Source: an uncultured Aliarcobacter sp.
Lineage (GTDB): Bacteria; Campylobacterota; Campylobacteria; Campylobacterales; Arcobacteraceae
NCBI GenBank assembly: GCA_963677435.1
Contig: OY781945.1
Location: 2,528,001 to 2,592,000, forward strand
Reading direction: 5' to 3'
Length of the DNA: 64,000 nt
Shown here: in pieces, positions 39,463-49,574 of the stretch
Layout of the letters: each line of letters opens with the position of its first letter
Position numbering within the stretch: position 1 is the stretch's first letter
Notes under the pieces: model-generated
What the model saw: only the letters and a program-made list of their open reading frames with translations
Database searches by the model: none
What the model was told of the DNA's origin: nothing
Program-made: the position numbers and the translations under genes

Positions 39463-42405
39463 TTAGATGTCTTTACAGAATTTACCTTTTTTCTTATAAT
39501 TTAAATTCTTTTCTTTTTTAATTTTCATATCAATATCAATAATAAAATTAAATGCTGTAGTTAATAATGATTCGGAATTATATTCATTTTTTAATATCTC
39601 TATAGCTTTATTCATAAACATTTTTGCATTTTTGCATTCTTTTTTTTCTTTATATAAATAAGCTAAATTAGAATAAATAATAGATATTGTTTGATTGTTA
39701 TTTCCTATGTATTCAGATAAAACTAATGCTTTTTTTTGATAGTTCAACGCCATGTCATAATCTTTTTTATCTTGATACATCATTGCAATATTATTATAAT
39801 TATTTATCAAAGAAAAATTATTCTCTCCAAAAAGTAATAAATTCAATTCTAATGCTTTTTTTTGATAATTAAAAGCCTCTTTTTTATTCCCTAAATTTTG
39901 ATAAATCATTGATAAATTATTATAATTACTTATTAAATCTGGATGATTAGCACCGAATAATTCTATTCTTAAATTAATTGCTTTTTCTAAATATTCAAAA
40001 GCTTTTATTTGATTTCCAATATTTTCATATAGAGTAGAGTAGTTAGTATAAATATTTGCTAAATCTAAATGCTTTTCTCCTAAAATTTGTAATCCTAAGA
40101 CTAATGCTTTTTCTTGAAATTCAAATGCTTTCTTATTTTCTTTCAAATCATTATATAGGATTGATAAATTACTATAAGTAATTGGCAATTCAGGATACTT
40201 CTCTCCAGCTAGTTCTAACTTTAAATTTAAAGATTTGAAAAGATAGAAATAAGCTTTATCTAAATCTTTCAATATATGATAAATTAAATATAAATAATCA
40301 TAATTTTGTAAAACTTTTAAAGTTGTATTTCCGAAAATATTTAATCTAATATTAATAGCTTCATTTTGTAAAAGAATCGATTTTTCAAATTGATAAGAAT
40401 ATATGTACAGCAATGTCAAAGAATCTAATAATTCACAGTAAAGTTCATCATTTTTATTTTTAAATACATTCAATATTGTTTCAATTATTGGAATATAAAT
40501 ACTAAATTTATTAAAAAGATATGCAAAATTATTGAAATTAATATATTTAATTATATTTTCAAATATAAAAGTAATTTTTTCAAACTCCATTTTGTACTCT
40601 GTTAAAATAAATGTTCTAATAATTTGATGAAGTTTATATGAGTCTTCTTTGTTTGTTAGCCAACCTCTTTCAACTAATTTTTGAAGATTTACTCTTAGTT
40701 TTTCTAATCCAATAGACTTTTCTAAAATCTCAAAACTTATCTCAATAGATGGAAATATTGCTAAGATTTGTAATAGCTCTTTTAGTTCATCTTTTGACTC
40801 ACTTTTAAACTGTCTATCAAAGGTATTTTGTAAATGTTCTTGAAAATTTTTACCCTTTTTTGAATCAATTTTTGAAATGGTGTTATTTTTTATATTTTCT
40901 CTTAATTCATTTAAAGTTATAAATTTACTCTCAAGAGAACTTGATGTTAATGTAATAAATAAAGGATGATTATCCAAATACTCCAAAATATCTTCTATAT
41001 TTTCATCTTTATTATAAATACTTAAAAATAACTCTTTTGCATCATGTGGATTTAAAGTATCAATATTTAACTGATTTTGTTTATCTATATCTTTTCTTGT
41101 AGTTATTAATAAATCAAAATTTGTATTTAAAGCTTTTATTTTTTCAAAATCTTCAATATTTTCCAAATTGTCCAAAAGTAAAAGATTTCTTTGAGGAAGT
41201 TTTTGTAATCGTAAAATTACAGAATCTAAAGTTACATCATTTTCTAAACCAAACTCATTTTTGAATTTTCGAATAAAAACCTCTTCAATTGAAGAGTCAT
41301 CTTTTGTAAACTCAATAAATGCAATATTTTTATATTTGTGTGCATTTTCGTGTAAATACTTATACGACAACTCACTTTTACCAACTCCACCTATTCCATT
41401 TACTATGCAAATCAGACTATTTTGAGCTAGTCGTTTTTCTATCTCTGCTAATTCATCTTTTCTTCCAATAAAATCTTTATTTATACTTGGAAGAGTTGTT
41501 AGTTGTTTGAACTCTAGTTTAGTTTGAGGTAGATTTTTTTCTTCTATTTTATTTTCATTGTTTGTTAAAGTTGGAGCTAATGATTTTATTTTATCTATTA
41601 AATCTTGTCCATGATTTTCGTATTCTATAACTTTTATATTTTTATTTAAAGTATTTGGATTTGAACCTTGTTTACATAAAACATAATGTTCATGGCTATT
41701 TCCACCAAAAATATCTATTGTTCTATTTAACTGATTTACTACAAATTCATCATCTAAACTAAAGCCAATAAATAGAAGAGATTTTGTATTTATCGTAGTT
41801 CGTAAAGTTTCCAATGCACTTTTATATCTGCTGTTTGTGGAATCTGTTGTGTAAAGTTCATTATATTTTTGTGAAGTTAGAATAGTATTATTTATATTAT
41901 CAATATGTCCGTGTAAATGCCAAATAGTGGATTGATTAAGACCATCTCTTAAAGATGTAGCTTGTTCATGAATTGCTTCAATATCCCAAAATTTTTTATT
42001 TGTATCTGAACAAGCGTGATAAAGTACTTTGTCATAATTAGTAGTGATAATAAGTTTACAATTAAGTTCCCAAATAGTTTTTGCAAGTTCTAAAGTTGAA
42101 TTATCAATTTCATTAAAATCTATATCAAAAATTTCTTTTAATGTTTTATTAAATTCTGTTGTACTCAGCTCTTTTTCAATCATATCTGCAATTTGGAGAT
42201 AATCAATGTCATCATCTTTTAAAAAAGAACTAATTCCATTTTTTTTATTTTCATTAGAAACTTTTTCATTTAATTTAATTAATAATTCTTTCCAATTAAC
42301 AAAAACTTTTTCACCATTTTTATATTTTACATCTTTAGAAACACCTGCACCAACAAAAGGAATAACTTTATTTTCACTAATTAATCTTTTTAATTCTTCT
42401 TCCAA
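39463..42405 (-). CDS. SIR2-like domain + STAND/NB-ARC NTPase + TPR repeat protein (NLR/Avs-like)
   Basis: SIR2-like VIPFVGAGVS, IITTNYD, LHGHID, LLFIGFSLDD. NTPase FIGRKDEL, GIGGVGKS, LLLLDNLE, LITTR, HPL, LHQIIR. ~42-aa TPR-type repeats (HPDLISNYNNLSMIYQNLG...A..YQKKAL). Confidence 0.9.
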   Translation of the reverse strand: MEEELKRLISENKVIPFVGAGVSKDVKYKNGEKVFVNWKELLIKLNEKVSNENKKNGISSFLKDDDIDYLQIADMIEKELSTTEFNKTLKEIFDIDFNEIDNSTLELAKTIWELNCKLIITTNYDKVLYHACSDTNKKFWDIEAIHEQATSLRDGLNQSTIWHLHGHIDNINNTILTSQKYNELYTTDSTNSRYKSALETLRTTINTKSLLFIGFSLDDEFVVNQLNRTIDIFGGNSHEHYVLCKQGSNPNTLNKNIKVIEYENHGQDLIDKIKSLAPTLTNNENKIEEKNLPQTKLEFKQLTTLPSINKDFIGRKDELAEIEKRLAQNSLICIVNGIGGVGKSELSYKYLHENAHKYKNIAFIEFTKDDSSIEEVFIRKFKNEFGLENDVTLDSVILRLQKLPQRNLLLLDNLENIEDFEKIKALNTNFDLLITTRKDIDKQNQLNIDTLNPHDAKELFLSIYNKDENIEDILEYLDNHPLFITLTSSSLESKFITLNELRENIKNNTISKIDSKKGKNFQEHLQNTFDRQFKSESKDELKELLQILAIFPSIEISFEILEKSIGLEKLRVNLQKLVERGWLTNKEDSYKLHQIIRTFILTEYKMEFEKITFIFENIIKYINFNNFAYLFNKFSIYIPIIETILNVFKNKNDELYCELLDSLTLLYIYSYQFEKSILLQNEAINIRLNIFGNTTLKVLQNYDYLYLIYHILKDLDKAYFYLFKSLNLKLELAGEKYPELPITYSNLSILYNDLKENKKAFEFQEKALVLGLQILGEKHLDLANIYTNYSTLYENIGNQIKAFEYLEKAINLRIELFGANHPDLISNYNNLSMIYQNLGNKKEAFNYQKKALELNLLLFGENNFSLINNYNNIAMMYQDKKDYDMALNYQKKALVLSEYIGNNNQTISIIYSNLAYLYKEKKECKNAKMFMNKAIEILKNEYNSESLLTTAFNFIIDIDMKIKKEKNLNYKKKGKFCKDI

Positions 42406-42538
42406 ATTTAACCAACCAATATATTTTTTACATTTTAGCTAAATTATTAATTAATCCCTAAAGTTTGATTATTACTATCTGCTGATTTTAAATCTTCAAT
42501 TTGATATAATCTAAAAACATTAACTAAAAGGTTTTCCT

Positions 42539-42742
42539 ATGTCAAAAAACGATATTTTAGAGAGTGCTTTAAACTTACCAATTGAAGATAGAATCAAGTT
42601 AGTTGAGACTTTATTAGAAAGTTATAACTCTTTTGATAATGATTCAATAGAAAAAGCTTGGTTAGAAGAAGTTACAAAAAGAGCTGAAAATCTTGATACT
42701 TCGGATACTTTATCATATAAAGATTTTTTTGATGAAAATTAA
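42539..42742 (+). CDS. Addiction-module antitoxin component
   Basis: ALNLPIEDRIKLVETLLES...AWLEEVTKR pattern; overlaps the toxin gene. Confidence 0.8.
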   Translation: MSKNDILESALNLPIEDRIKLVETLLESYNSFDNDSIEKAWLEEVTKRAENLDTSDTLSYKDFFDEN

Positions 42743-43028
42743 GTTTCAAAGAGTTGCAAAAAAAGAATATGATGATGCTTTAAATTATTACAATGATGAA
42801 AATGAAACTTTAGGTATGAAGTTTAAAAATGAAATAAAACAAAGTATCAACAATATTTTAAAATTTCCTACTTTATATCCCAAAATCAATGAACATATTA
42901 GAAAATGTGTAACTCACACTTTTCCTTTTACTATTTTTTATATTATAAAAGATGATTTTATCTTTATTTTAGCAATTGCAAATCATTATAAAAATCCAGA
43001 ATATTACATTCAAAGATTTTCTAACTAA
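42732..43028 (+). CDS. RelE/ParE-family toxin
   Basis: 98 aa from ATG 42732: AKKEYDDALNYY, LGMKF, FPFTIFY, ILAIANH. Confidence 0.82.
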   Translation: MKIKFQRVAKKEYDDALNYYNDENETLGMKFKNEIKQSINNILKFPTLYPKINEHIRKCVTHTFPFTIFYIIKDDFIFILAIANHYKNPEYYIQRFSN

Positions 43029-43144
43029 TATAATTAGATAAAAAAACCTTACTTTACATAGTAAATCACCAATATTTCCAAATTCCAACCCAAACCTAAG
43101 CGTGCATTCAATAAACTGCCACACTAGATAAAGGGAATAAATAT

Positions 43145-44230
43145 ATGGCTACAAATTTACAATCTATCAAAGCAGATAGACCTGATATTATAACTTCGCA
43201 AATTGAAGGTATAAAATTTTATAGAAAAATGGATACTCAATCAGTTGTTGCTCAAATGATTGCAGGAAAATATGTTTTTGTTGAAGAATATTACAGTAAT
43301 GGTTTACAAGTTCTTGCTGAGCTGAAAAAAAATCTTTCAGAAAAATTCAATGACAAAAGTTTTCAAGGACAACGAGATTATCGAGCAGCTTTTAGAAAAG
43401 CTTCACACAGATTACTAATCAAAGTAAAAGATAATAAACTAGATGTTAAAAAAGCTCCAAATATTGGCTGGTTAGAATCACTTTATCCAGATATTTCAGA
43501 GTTTTATATATCTTTTCCAGAAGTTCAAGGAATGAATAGTTCATGGCAATGGCATGAAAAAGGTCTTGAGATTAAAACTTTGAATTTAACAATTCATCCT
43601 TATTATGGAACATATTTCCCAACAAGATTTGATCATTTAAAACTGTTTGATAAGTGGTTAAAAAAATATGATGGTCCTAAAGATAATGCCATTGATATTG
43701 GTGTGGGAAGTGGTATTTTAACATATCAATTAATTCAAAATGGTTTTGAAAATGTTTATGCAACTGATACAAACAAAAATGCGATTATTGGTGTTTATAA
43801 AGAGGGTAGAAGATTAGATTTTCAAAAGAAAATAACTCTAAATCATTGTGATTTATTTGGAGATTTTGATAGAAAAGTAGATGTAATTGTATTTAATCCT
43901 CCTTGGTTATTGGCAAAACATAATTTAGAAGAGGGAATTGATAAAGCTATGTATTATGAAAAAGAGCTATTTCCAAGGTTTTTCGAAGAAGCAAAAAAAT
44001 ATCTAAAAGAAGATGGAAAATTAGTTTTAATATTCTCAAATCTTGCTCAAGAAGTAGATAAAGAGAGTTCTCATCCAATAATAGAAGAACTACAAAAAAA
44101 CAATAGATTCAGAAAAGATTTACACTTAAGACGAGAAGTAAGAGCTTCATCAAGAAGAACTCAAAGAACAGATTCAAGAGAGACTGAAAAAGTTGAACTA
44201 TGGGTTTTAGCTCACAAAAAAGTGAAATAA
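43145..44230 (+). CDS. Class I SAM-dependent methyltransferase (NPPW type)
   Basis: DIGVGSG motif I, ATDTN, DLF, VFNPPW. Confidence 0.85.
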   Translation: MATNLQSIKADRPDIITSQIEGIKFYRKMDTQSVVAQMIAGKYVFVEEYYSNGLQVLAELKKNLSEKFNDKSFQGQRDYRAAFRKASHRLLIKVKDNKLDVKKAPNIGWLESLYPDISEFYISFPEVQGMNSSWQWHEKGLEIKTLNLTIHPYYGTYFPTRFDHLKLFDKWLKKYDGPKDNAIDIGVGSGILTYQLIQNGFENVYATDTNKNAIIGVYKEGRRLDFQKKITLNHCDLFGDFDRKVDVIVFNPPWLLAKHNLEEGIDKAMYYEKELFPRFFEEAKKYLKEDGKLVLIFSNLAQEVDKESSHPIIEELQKNNRFRKDLHLRREVRASSRRTQRTDSRETEKVELWVLAHKKVK

Positions 44231-44240
44231 GTAAAGAAGC

Positions 44241-44696
44241 CTAAGCGCTCTTTACTTTTTCATCAATCAAATTTCTAACACAAACATCAATCATTTCAAA
44301 AACTTTATCAAAGCCCTCAAAACCATCAAAAAAATATGGGTCAGGAACACACTCTCCATCAAATCCAAAATCACCTAATTTTAATGGATTTTTACAACCT
44401 AAGTTTTTTAGATTTGCAATATTGCTATCATCAAGTCCAACTATTAAGTCAAAGGCTTTAAAGTGCGATTTTTTAACTTGTTGAGCTTTTTGCTTTGAAA
44501 TATCAACACCATTTAGAAGCCCTACTTTAATAGAGTTCTCACAAGGAGGCTCACCGATATGCCAATGTCCAGTTCCTGCACTTTCAATCACTAAATTTAA
44601 ATTTTTTTCTTTTATATACTGCTTTGCTATTCCCTCAGCAAGTGGCGAACGGCAAATATTTCCTAAACACACAAATAAAATTGACTTTACTTCCAT
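44241..44696 (-). CDS. Low-molecular-weight protein-tyrosine phosphatase
   Basis: VCLGNICRSP, SAGT, VPDPY. Confidence 0.93.
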   Translation of the reverse strand: MEVKSILFVCLGNICRSPLAEGIAKQYIKEKNLNLVIESAGTGHWHIGEPPCENSIKVGLLNGVDISKQKAQQVKKSHFKAFDLIVGLDDSNIANLKNLGCKNPLKLGDFGFDGECVPDPYFFDGFEGFDKVFEMIDVCVRNLIDEKVKSA

Positions 44697-44890
44697 TAAA
44701 ATTCATTTCCTTCAATACTATTATAAGAATAAGTTTTTATCTCTCCATCTTCTACGATATAAGAGATTTCAATTGGTCTACAGCACACTTCGCAATCATC
44801 TACCACAGTTTCATGTCCATAAATACCTGTGTCTAAAAGAATCGAAATTGCTTGTAAACAATATGGACATTGTATATGTATCTCTTCCAT
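44696..44890 (-). CDS. CPXCG-motif cysteine-rich small protein
   Basis: CPYC ... DCEVCCRP; AAGGA RBS; TAATG overlap with the phosphatase gene. Confidence 0.8.
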   Translation of the reverse strand: MEEIHIQCPYCLQAISILLDTGIYGHETVVDDCEVCCRPIEISYIVEDGEIKTYSYNSIEGNEF

Positions 44891-44985
44891 CTTTTATCCT
44901 TTTTTGTTAGTTTATCAAAACATTAATTAATCATTTAAAACCATAAAATATGTTACTATTTCAAAAATTTAAAAAAGGATTTGTC

Positions 44986-45147
44986 ATCGCTACTTGTAAA
45001 AATTGCAAAAATGAAATAGAACCAAAAAGAAGACAATGCCCTTACTGTGGAATTTTAAATCCAACAGTAACCCTAAAAGATATTTTTATAGGAATAGCCA
45101 TTGTTTTATTTGTTATGAGTATAGTAACTTATTTTGTAAATAACTAA
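44986..45147 (+). CDS. Small zinc-ribbon protein with C-terminal transmembrane helix
   Basis: CKNC...CPYC plus hydrophobic tail. Start is ATC 44986 (after AAGGA) or ATG 44950. Confidence 0.65.
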   Translation: MATCKNCKNEIEPKRRQCPYCGILNPTVTLKDIFIGIAIVLFVMSIVTYFVNN

Positions 45148-45690
45148 TTATCTTTTTGTGATAATTGCATATAAAAACCCAATTCCTAAACCAATAAAGT
45201 GAGAATACCAAGCTATTGGTAAACCAATAATTAGTGGTGCAACTGAGATTAATAAAATCCAAGTTATTATTCCACCTCTTTGGGCTTTATCATAATAAGC
45301 TAAATACCCAAGTAAAGCACAAATTGCTCCTGATGCTCCAACTAAATTTACATTATGATCTACATAATATATATATGCAAATGACAAAATTGAAGTTAAT
45401 AATCCAGTTATTAAATATAAAGCAAAGAATTTTTTAGCACCCATGAATCTCTCAAGTAAATTTCCAAATTGCCAAAGAACAAACATATTCATCCCAAGAT
45501 GTCCAAGTCCTCCATGGGCAAACATAGTACTAAGTGGTTGCCACCAAAAACCATATACTAAGAAGTATAGATTTAATCCAAATAATAAGCCACCATTTGA
45601 AATATTTATTTGTATAATATACATTAAAACTGTAATTATTATCAGAATATTTGTGGCAGTGAAATCTTTTTTACTAAAGTTTTTTAACAT
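45148..45690 (-). CDS. Rhomboid-family intramembrane serine protease
   Basis: HGGLGHLGMNM, GASG, SHFIG. Confidence 0.9.
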   Translation of the reverse strand: MLKNFSKKDFTATNILIIITVLMYIIQINISNGGLLFGLNLYFLVYGFWWQPLSTMFAHGGLGHLGMNMFVLWQFGNLLERFMGAKKFFALYLITGLLTSILSFAYIYYVDHNVNLVGASGAICALLGYLAYYDKAQRGGIITWILLISVAPLIIGLPIAWYSHFIGLGIGFLYAIITKR

Positions 45691-46267
45691 TGTTTTTATA
45701 TACCTTTATTGTGCAATCTATTTTTGAAGCTATCTCATTTTTATCATAATATTTAAAATCTGTATAAAACTTGAAAATTTCTTTGTCATCTGCTAAAAAT
45801 GAAGTCAAAATAGCTCCTGAACAAAATTTACAATCACTTGTTTTTTTGTTTTGGTCTTTTTTATCGTTTTCTATTATTTCATATTTTATTGTTAAATATT
45901 TTTCAATATTTGGCTTTGGAGTTTTTTCAATAGCTTTTGTATAATAACTATTTAATTCATTTAAAGAGATAAAATCTTCAATAATAGATGGTGTTTGTTG
46001 GGATTTTTTATAAGAGCCTTCTACTTTATAAAAACCTTTATTTAAAGCTTTCATAGACTTATTTAGAAGCTCTTGATTATAAACTTTTGAGACTGTGAAA
46101 ATATCTTTTTCACAAGAAAGAGGGATAACTCTCTCTTTTGTGACTTCGTCATAATCATTATTTGCGATATATTTTGAATATAACATCATAGTTATAGAAA
46201 TAAGTACGATAGAAGCTAGAGTAAAAAAATTATTTACAAGTACACTATCTCTAGCTCCTTTTTTCAT
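45674..46267 (-). CDS. Hypothetical membrane-anchored protein
   Basis: 197-aa ORF in the bamD-lon run with a single N-terminal TM. Confidence 0.7.
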   Translation of the reverse strand: MKKGARDSVLVNNFFTLASIVLISITMMLYSKYIANNDYDEVTKERVIPLSCEKDIFTVSKVYNQELLNKSMKALNKGFYKVEGSYKKSQQTPSIIEDFISLNELNSYYTKAIEKTPKPNIEKYLTIKYEIIENDKKDQNKKTSDCKFCSGAILTSFLADDKEIFKFYTDFKYYDKNEIASKIDCTIKVYKNNVKKL

Positions 46268-46271
46268 TTAA

Positions 46272-48689
46272 TTAAACTAATGCCTCTTTTAAAACATCTT
46301 CTATAACATCAACAGCTTTTATTTCCATTGCATCTTTTACTTCTTGAGGAATTTCATCTAAATCTCTCTCGTAATTTTTTCTAGGAATTAATGCTTTTTT
46401 CATTTTTGCTTTGTATGCTGCAATTAACTTCTCTTTTAATCCACCAATAGGTAGAACTTTCCCTGAAAGCGTAAGTTCACCAGTCATTGCAATATCTGAT
46501 TTTATTGGCTTTTCAGCTAAGATTGAAGCTATTGTTAAAGCCATAGTTATACCAGCACTTGGTCCATCTTTAGGAGTTGCACCCTCTGGGATATGTAAGT
46601 GAATATCATATCTTTTATAAACTTCACTTGGGTCTACCATAGTTTTATCTGTGATTTCTTGTGAAGATTTTGGAATAATTTCATTATCTATTAATAAAAC
46701 GCCTTTATCTATTAAAACTTTTATAACTGAATAAGATATTCTTGAAGACTCTTTCATAACTTCCCCAAGATTTCCAGTTACAGATAAAGTACCTTTTCCT
46801 TTTAGTTTAATTGCTTCGATTTTTAAAACATCTCCACCAACTGAAGTCCACGCTAATCCATTAGCAATTCCAATTGAATTCTTCTTATCTGCTGGGTCTA
46901 TTTCAAAAATTGGATTATCTAAATATGCTTTTAAATCTTTTGTAGCAATTGTCACTTTTTGTATTGTGTCATCATTTAAAATCTGTTTTACAACTTTTCT
47001 AAATAATTTTGAGAATACTCTTCTTAAATTTCTAACACCTGCTTCTCTTGTATATTTAGAAATAATCATCTCAATAGTTGCTTTATTTAGATTAACTTCA
47101 GATTTTTGAAGTCCATGTTTTGCCAACTCTTGAGGAATTAGATAATCTTTTGCAATATGATATTTTTCATTTGGAGTATAAGATGAAATTTCAATAAACT
47201 CCATTCTATCTCTTAATGGTGCTGGAATTTTTCTAGCATCATTTGCAGTTGATACAAAAATAACTTGAGATAAATCAAGTGGGAAATTTAGATATAAATC
47301 TCTAAATTCATGGTTTTGTTCTGGATCTAAAATTTCTAACATTACAGCAGTTGGATCACCTCTGTGATTTGCTCCTATTTTGTCAATTTCATCTAAAACC
47401 ATTACTGGATTCATTTTTTTTGCATCAATAAGACCTTTTACAAGTCGTCCTGGCATTGCTCCAACATAAGTTCTTCTATGTCCTCTTAACTCATTCACAT
47501 CTTCCATTCCACCAAGAGCTACTCTTATTAGTGGTCTTTGTAATGCTTTTGCAATTGAGTTTGCCAATGAAGTTTTACCAACACCTGGAGGTCCTACAAA
47601 ACATAAAACTGTACCTTTAGATTTTAAATCTTCAATATTTCTTTGTTCAAGTAATTGTTTAACTGCGAAATATTCAGAAATTCTCTCTTTTGGTTTTACT
47701 AAAGAGTAATGATCTTTATTTAATTGTTCTTCAACATTTTTAACAGATATTTTTTCATTTGCATATTCACCAAAAGGAATATCTAAAACTTGCTCAACAT
47801 AAGTTTGTAAAAGTGAAGCATCAGGAGAATCAGGATTCATTCTTCCAAGTTTTTCAACTTGTTTTTTTGTCTCTTTGTAAGCTTCTTTAGGCATAAACTC
47901 TTTTTTAGCTTTTAGTCTTTTTTTATAAGCTTTAACTTCTTCATCTTTTTGATTATCGCTTCCAAGTTCTTTTTGAATAGCTTTGATTTGTTCTTTTAAA
48001 AAGTAGTCTTTGTGAGTTTTTTCAATTTTTGAATTTACTTTTTGAGTAATCTCTTTTTGAATTTTAAAAGATTCAATCTCTTTTTTAATTACTTCAATAA
48101 TATCAAACAATCTTTGCTCAATATTTGTTTGAGCAAACAGTTTATAAGCTTCATCTTTTTTAACTTTTAAAACAGATGAAATTAAATCTGCAATTCTTGT
48201 GGCATCATCATTTTCTTCTATTGTTTTTACTAAATCAGCTGGAAACTTAATATTTAATCTTGATAATTTTTTTACATTTTCAATCAATACTTCAATAACT
48301 GATTTAATACTCTCAGGATTTGCTTCTTCACTTCTTAAAATATCAACTTTTGCAAATAAAGAATCTTCTTTAGTAAACTCTGAAATATGACCTTTTACTA
48401 AACCTTGGAAAAGTACTTTTATCTTACCATCTGGTAAAGATACTTTTCTCATTATATTTCCAACAACACCTACATCATAAAAAGAATCTACTTCTCTTTT
48501 TCCTTCTTTCCCATGCTTTGAAACTGTAACAACAACAAGTTTGTTATGTTCAATTGCATATTCAACTGCTTTAATATTGTCTTCATTACTTAAAAATAAA
48601 GGAGCAATCATAAAAGGATATAAAAATATATCATCTTCTATTATTAAAGGTATAGTTTGTGGGAATTCATCATAATTTTCTAATTCCAT
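46272..48689 (-). CDS. lon: Endopeptidase La
   Basis: GPPGVGKTS, RGHRRTYVGAMPG, LDEIDK, PKDGPSAG, IGGLKEK. Confidence 0.98.
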   Translation of the reverse strand: MELENYDEFPQTIPLIIEDDIFLYPFMIAPLFLSNEDNIKAVEYAIEHNKLVVVTVSKHGKEGKREVDSFYDVGVVGNIMRKVSLPDGKIKVLFQGLVKGHISEFTKEDSLFAKVDILRSEEANPESIKSVIEVLIENVKKLSRLNIKFPADLVKTIEENDDATRIADLISSVLKVKKDEAYKLFAQTNIEQRLFDIIEVIKKEIESFKIQKEITQKVNSKIEKTHKDYFLKEQIKAIQKELGSDNQKDEEVKAYKKRLKAKKEFMPKEAYKETKKQVEKLGRMNPDSPDASLLQTYVEQVLDIPFGEYANEKISVKNVEEQLNKDHYSLVKPKERISEYFAVKQLLEQRNIEDLKSKGTVLCFVGPPGVGKTSLANSIAKALQRPLIRVALGGMEDVNELRGHRRTYVGAMPGRLVKGLIDAKKMNPVMVLDEIDKIGANHRGDPTAVMLEILDPEQNHEFRDLYLNFPLDLSQVIFVSTANDARKIPAPLRDRMEFIEISSYTPNEKYHIAKDYLIPQELAKHGLQKSEVNLNKATIEMIISKYTREAGVRNLRRVFSKLFRKVVKQILNDDTIQKVTIATKDLKAYLDNPIFEIDPADKKNSIGIANGLAWTSVGGDVLKIEAIKLKGKGTLSVTGNLGEVMKESSRISYSVIKVLIDKGVLLIDNEIIPKSSQEITDKTMVDPSEVYKRYDIHLHIPEGATPKDGPSAGITMALTIASILAEKPIKSDIAMTGELTLSGKVLPIGGLKEKLIAAYKAKMKKALIPRKNYERDLDEIPQEVKDAMEIKAVDVIEDVLKEALV

Positions 48690-48717
48690 CTAATTTAACT
48701 CCTAAAATCTATAAAAT

Positions 48718-49371
48718 TTATTCAAATACTGCTCTGTAAAATGGAACATCTACAGGAACTATTTCTGTTGGTTCAATCCAAGAATTTTTTACTTTTTGAT
48801 CATAAAAAGCTGCACCTAATTCTTTATCTCTTCTTATATAAAGCTCTGCAATTTCTTTATCCATTGATGCTTTTGCCATATATAATCTTGAATTGATTGT
48901 ATCAACTAAAGGCATATAAGGTGAATTTTTATATTTCACTTTAAACTCATTAATTTGAGTCAATGTATCTTCAATTAGTTGTTGATCTCTAAATTGGTAT
49001 TTAAATCCTAAAAAGTTTGCTTTAATTTTTAGATATCTTGCATAATCAATATCTTTACTTAAACTAAATCTTTTAATATATTCATCCAAATAGAAGTTTG
49101 CAAGAGCATATTCTTCTTCATCAATGTGCGCATTTACTAATATCAACATAGCCGTTGGAACAAAAGGTGTATTTCTATGTTCACTCTCTAAAGATGTATA
49201 AGTATCATCAGCTGCATCTAAATCACTAGAAGCTATTTGTTTCAACATTTTGTTATACCAATAAATTGCTGGTTTATTATATTCTTCGTCTTTCTTACTT
49301 GAACAAGCAGTAAGTACAAAGGCTGTACAAGCTATTAATAATAAGTTTTTTAGTCTAAAGCTTCCGTTCAT
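48718..49371 (-). CDS. bamD: Outer-membrane assembly lipoprotein BamD
   Basis: Lipobox LTAC, TPR-like helices, position directly upstream of lon. Confidence 0.8.
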   Translation of the reverse strand: MNGSFRLKNLLLIACTAFVLTACSSKKDEEYNKPAIYWYNKMLKQIASSDLDAADDTYTSLESEHRNTPFVPTAMLILVNAHIDEEEYALANFYLDEYIKRFSLSKDIDYARYLKIKANFLGFKYQFRDQQLIEDTLTQINEFKVKYKNSPYMPLVDTINSRLYMAKASMDKEIAELYIRRDKELGAAFYDQKVKNSWIEPTEIVPVDVPFYRAVFE

Positions 49372-49530
49372 TTTAAATATCCTTTCTCATAAAAGTGATA
49401 TTCTATCTAATACTAGCTTATTTTTTTAGTAGTTTGTTTTATATAAAACTAAACAAAATATTTATTTATGTTTGGTTAAATTAAAAAGTATGCTAAAAAT
49501 CAAGTAAATGCTTATTGAAGCTAATATAAA

Positions 49531-49545
49531 TGGTACACTTTTTGT
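49531..49545 (+). promoter_or_regulatory. Putative sigma54 promoter
   Basis: TGGTACACTTTTTGT versus consensus TGGCAC-N5-TTGC, 30 nt upstream of ATG 49575. Confidence 0.4.
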
Positions 49546-49574
49546 ATATTAGAAAATAAACACAAGGGAATCAT

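Noticed and set aside
43030..43144. Slightly GC-richer intergenic stretch between the toxin and methyltransferase genes
   Set aside because: No convincing hairpin, tRNA fold, riboswitch motif or ORF with RBS could be identified by eye
46600..46720. Extra segment in the Lon protease domain
   Set aside because: In-frame and short, with no intein motifs; most likely a lineage-typical loop
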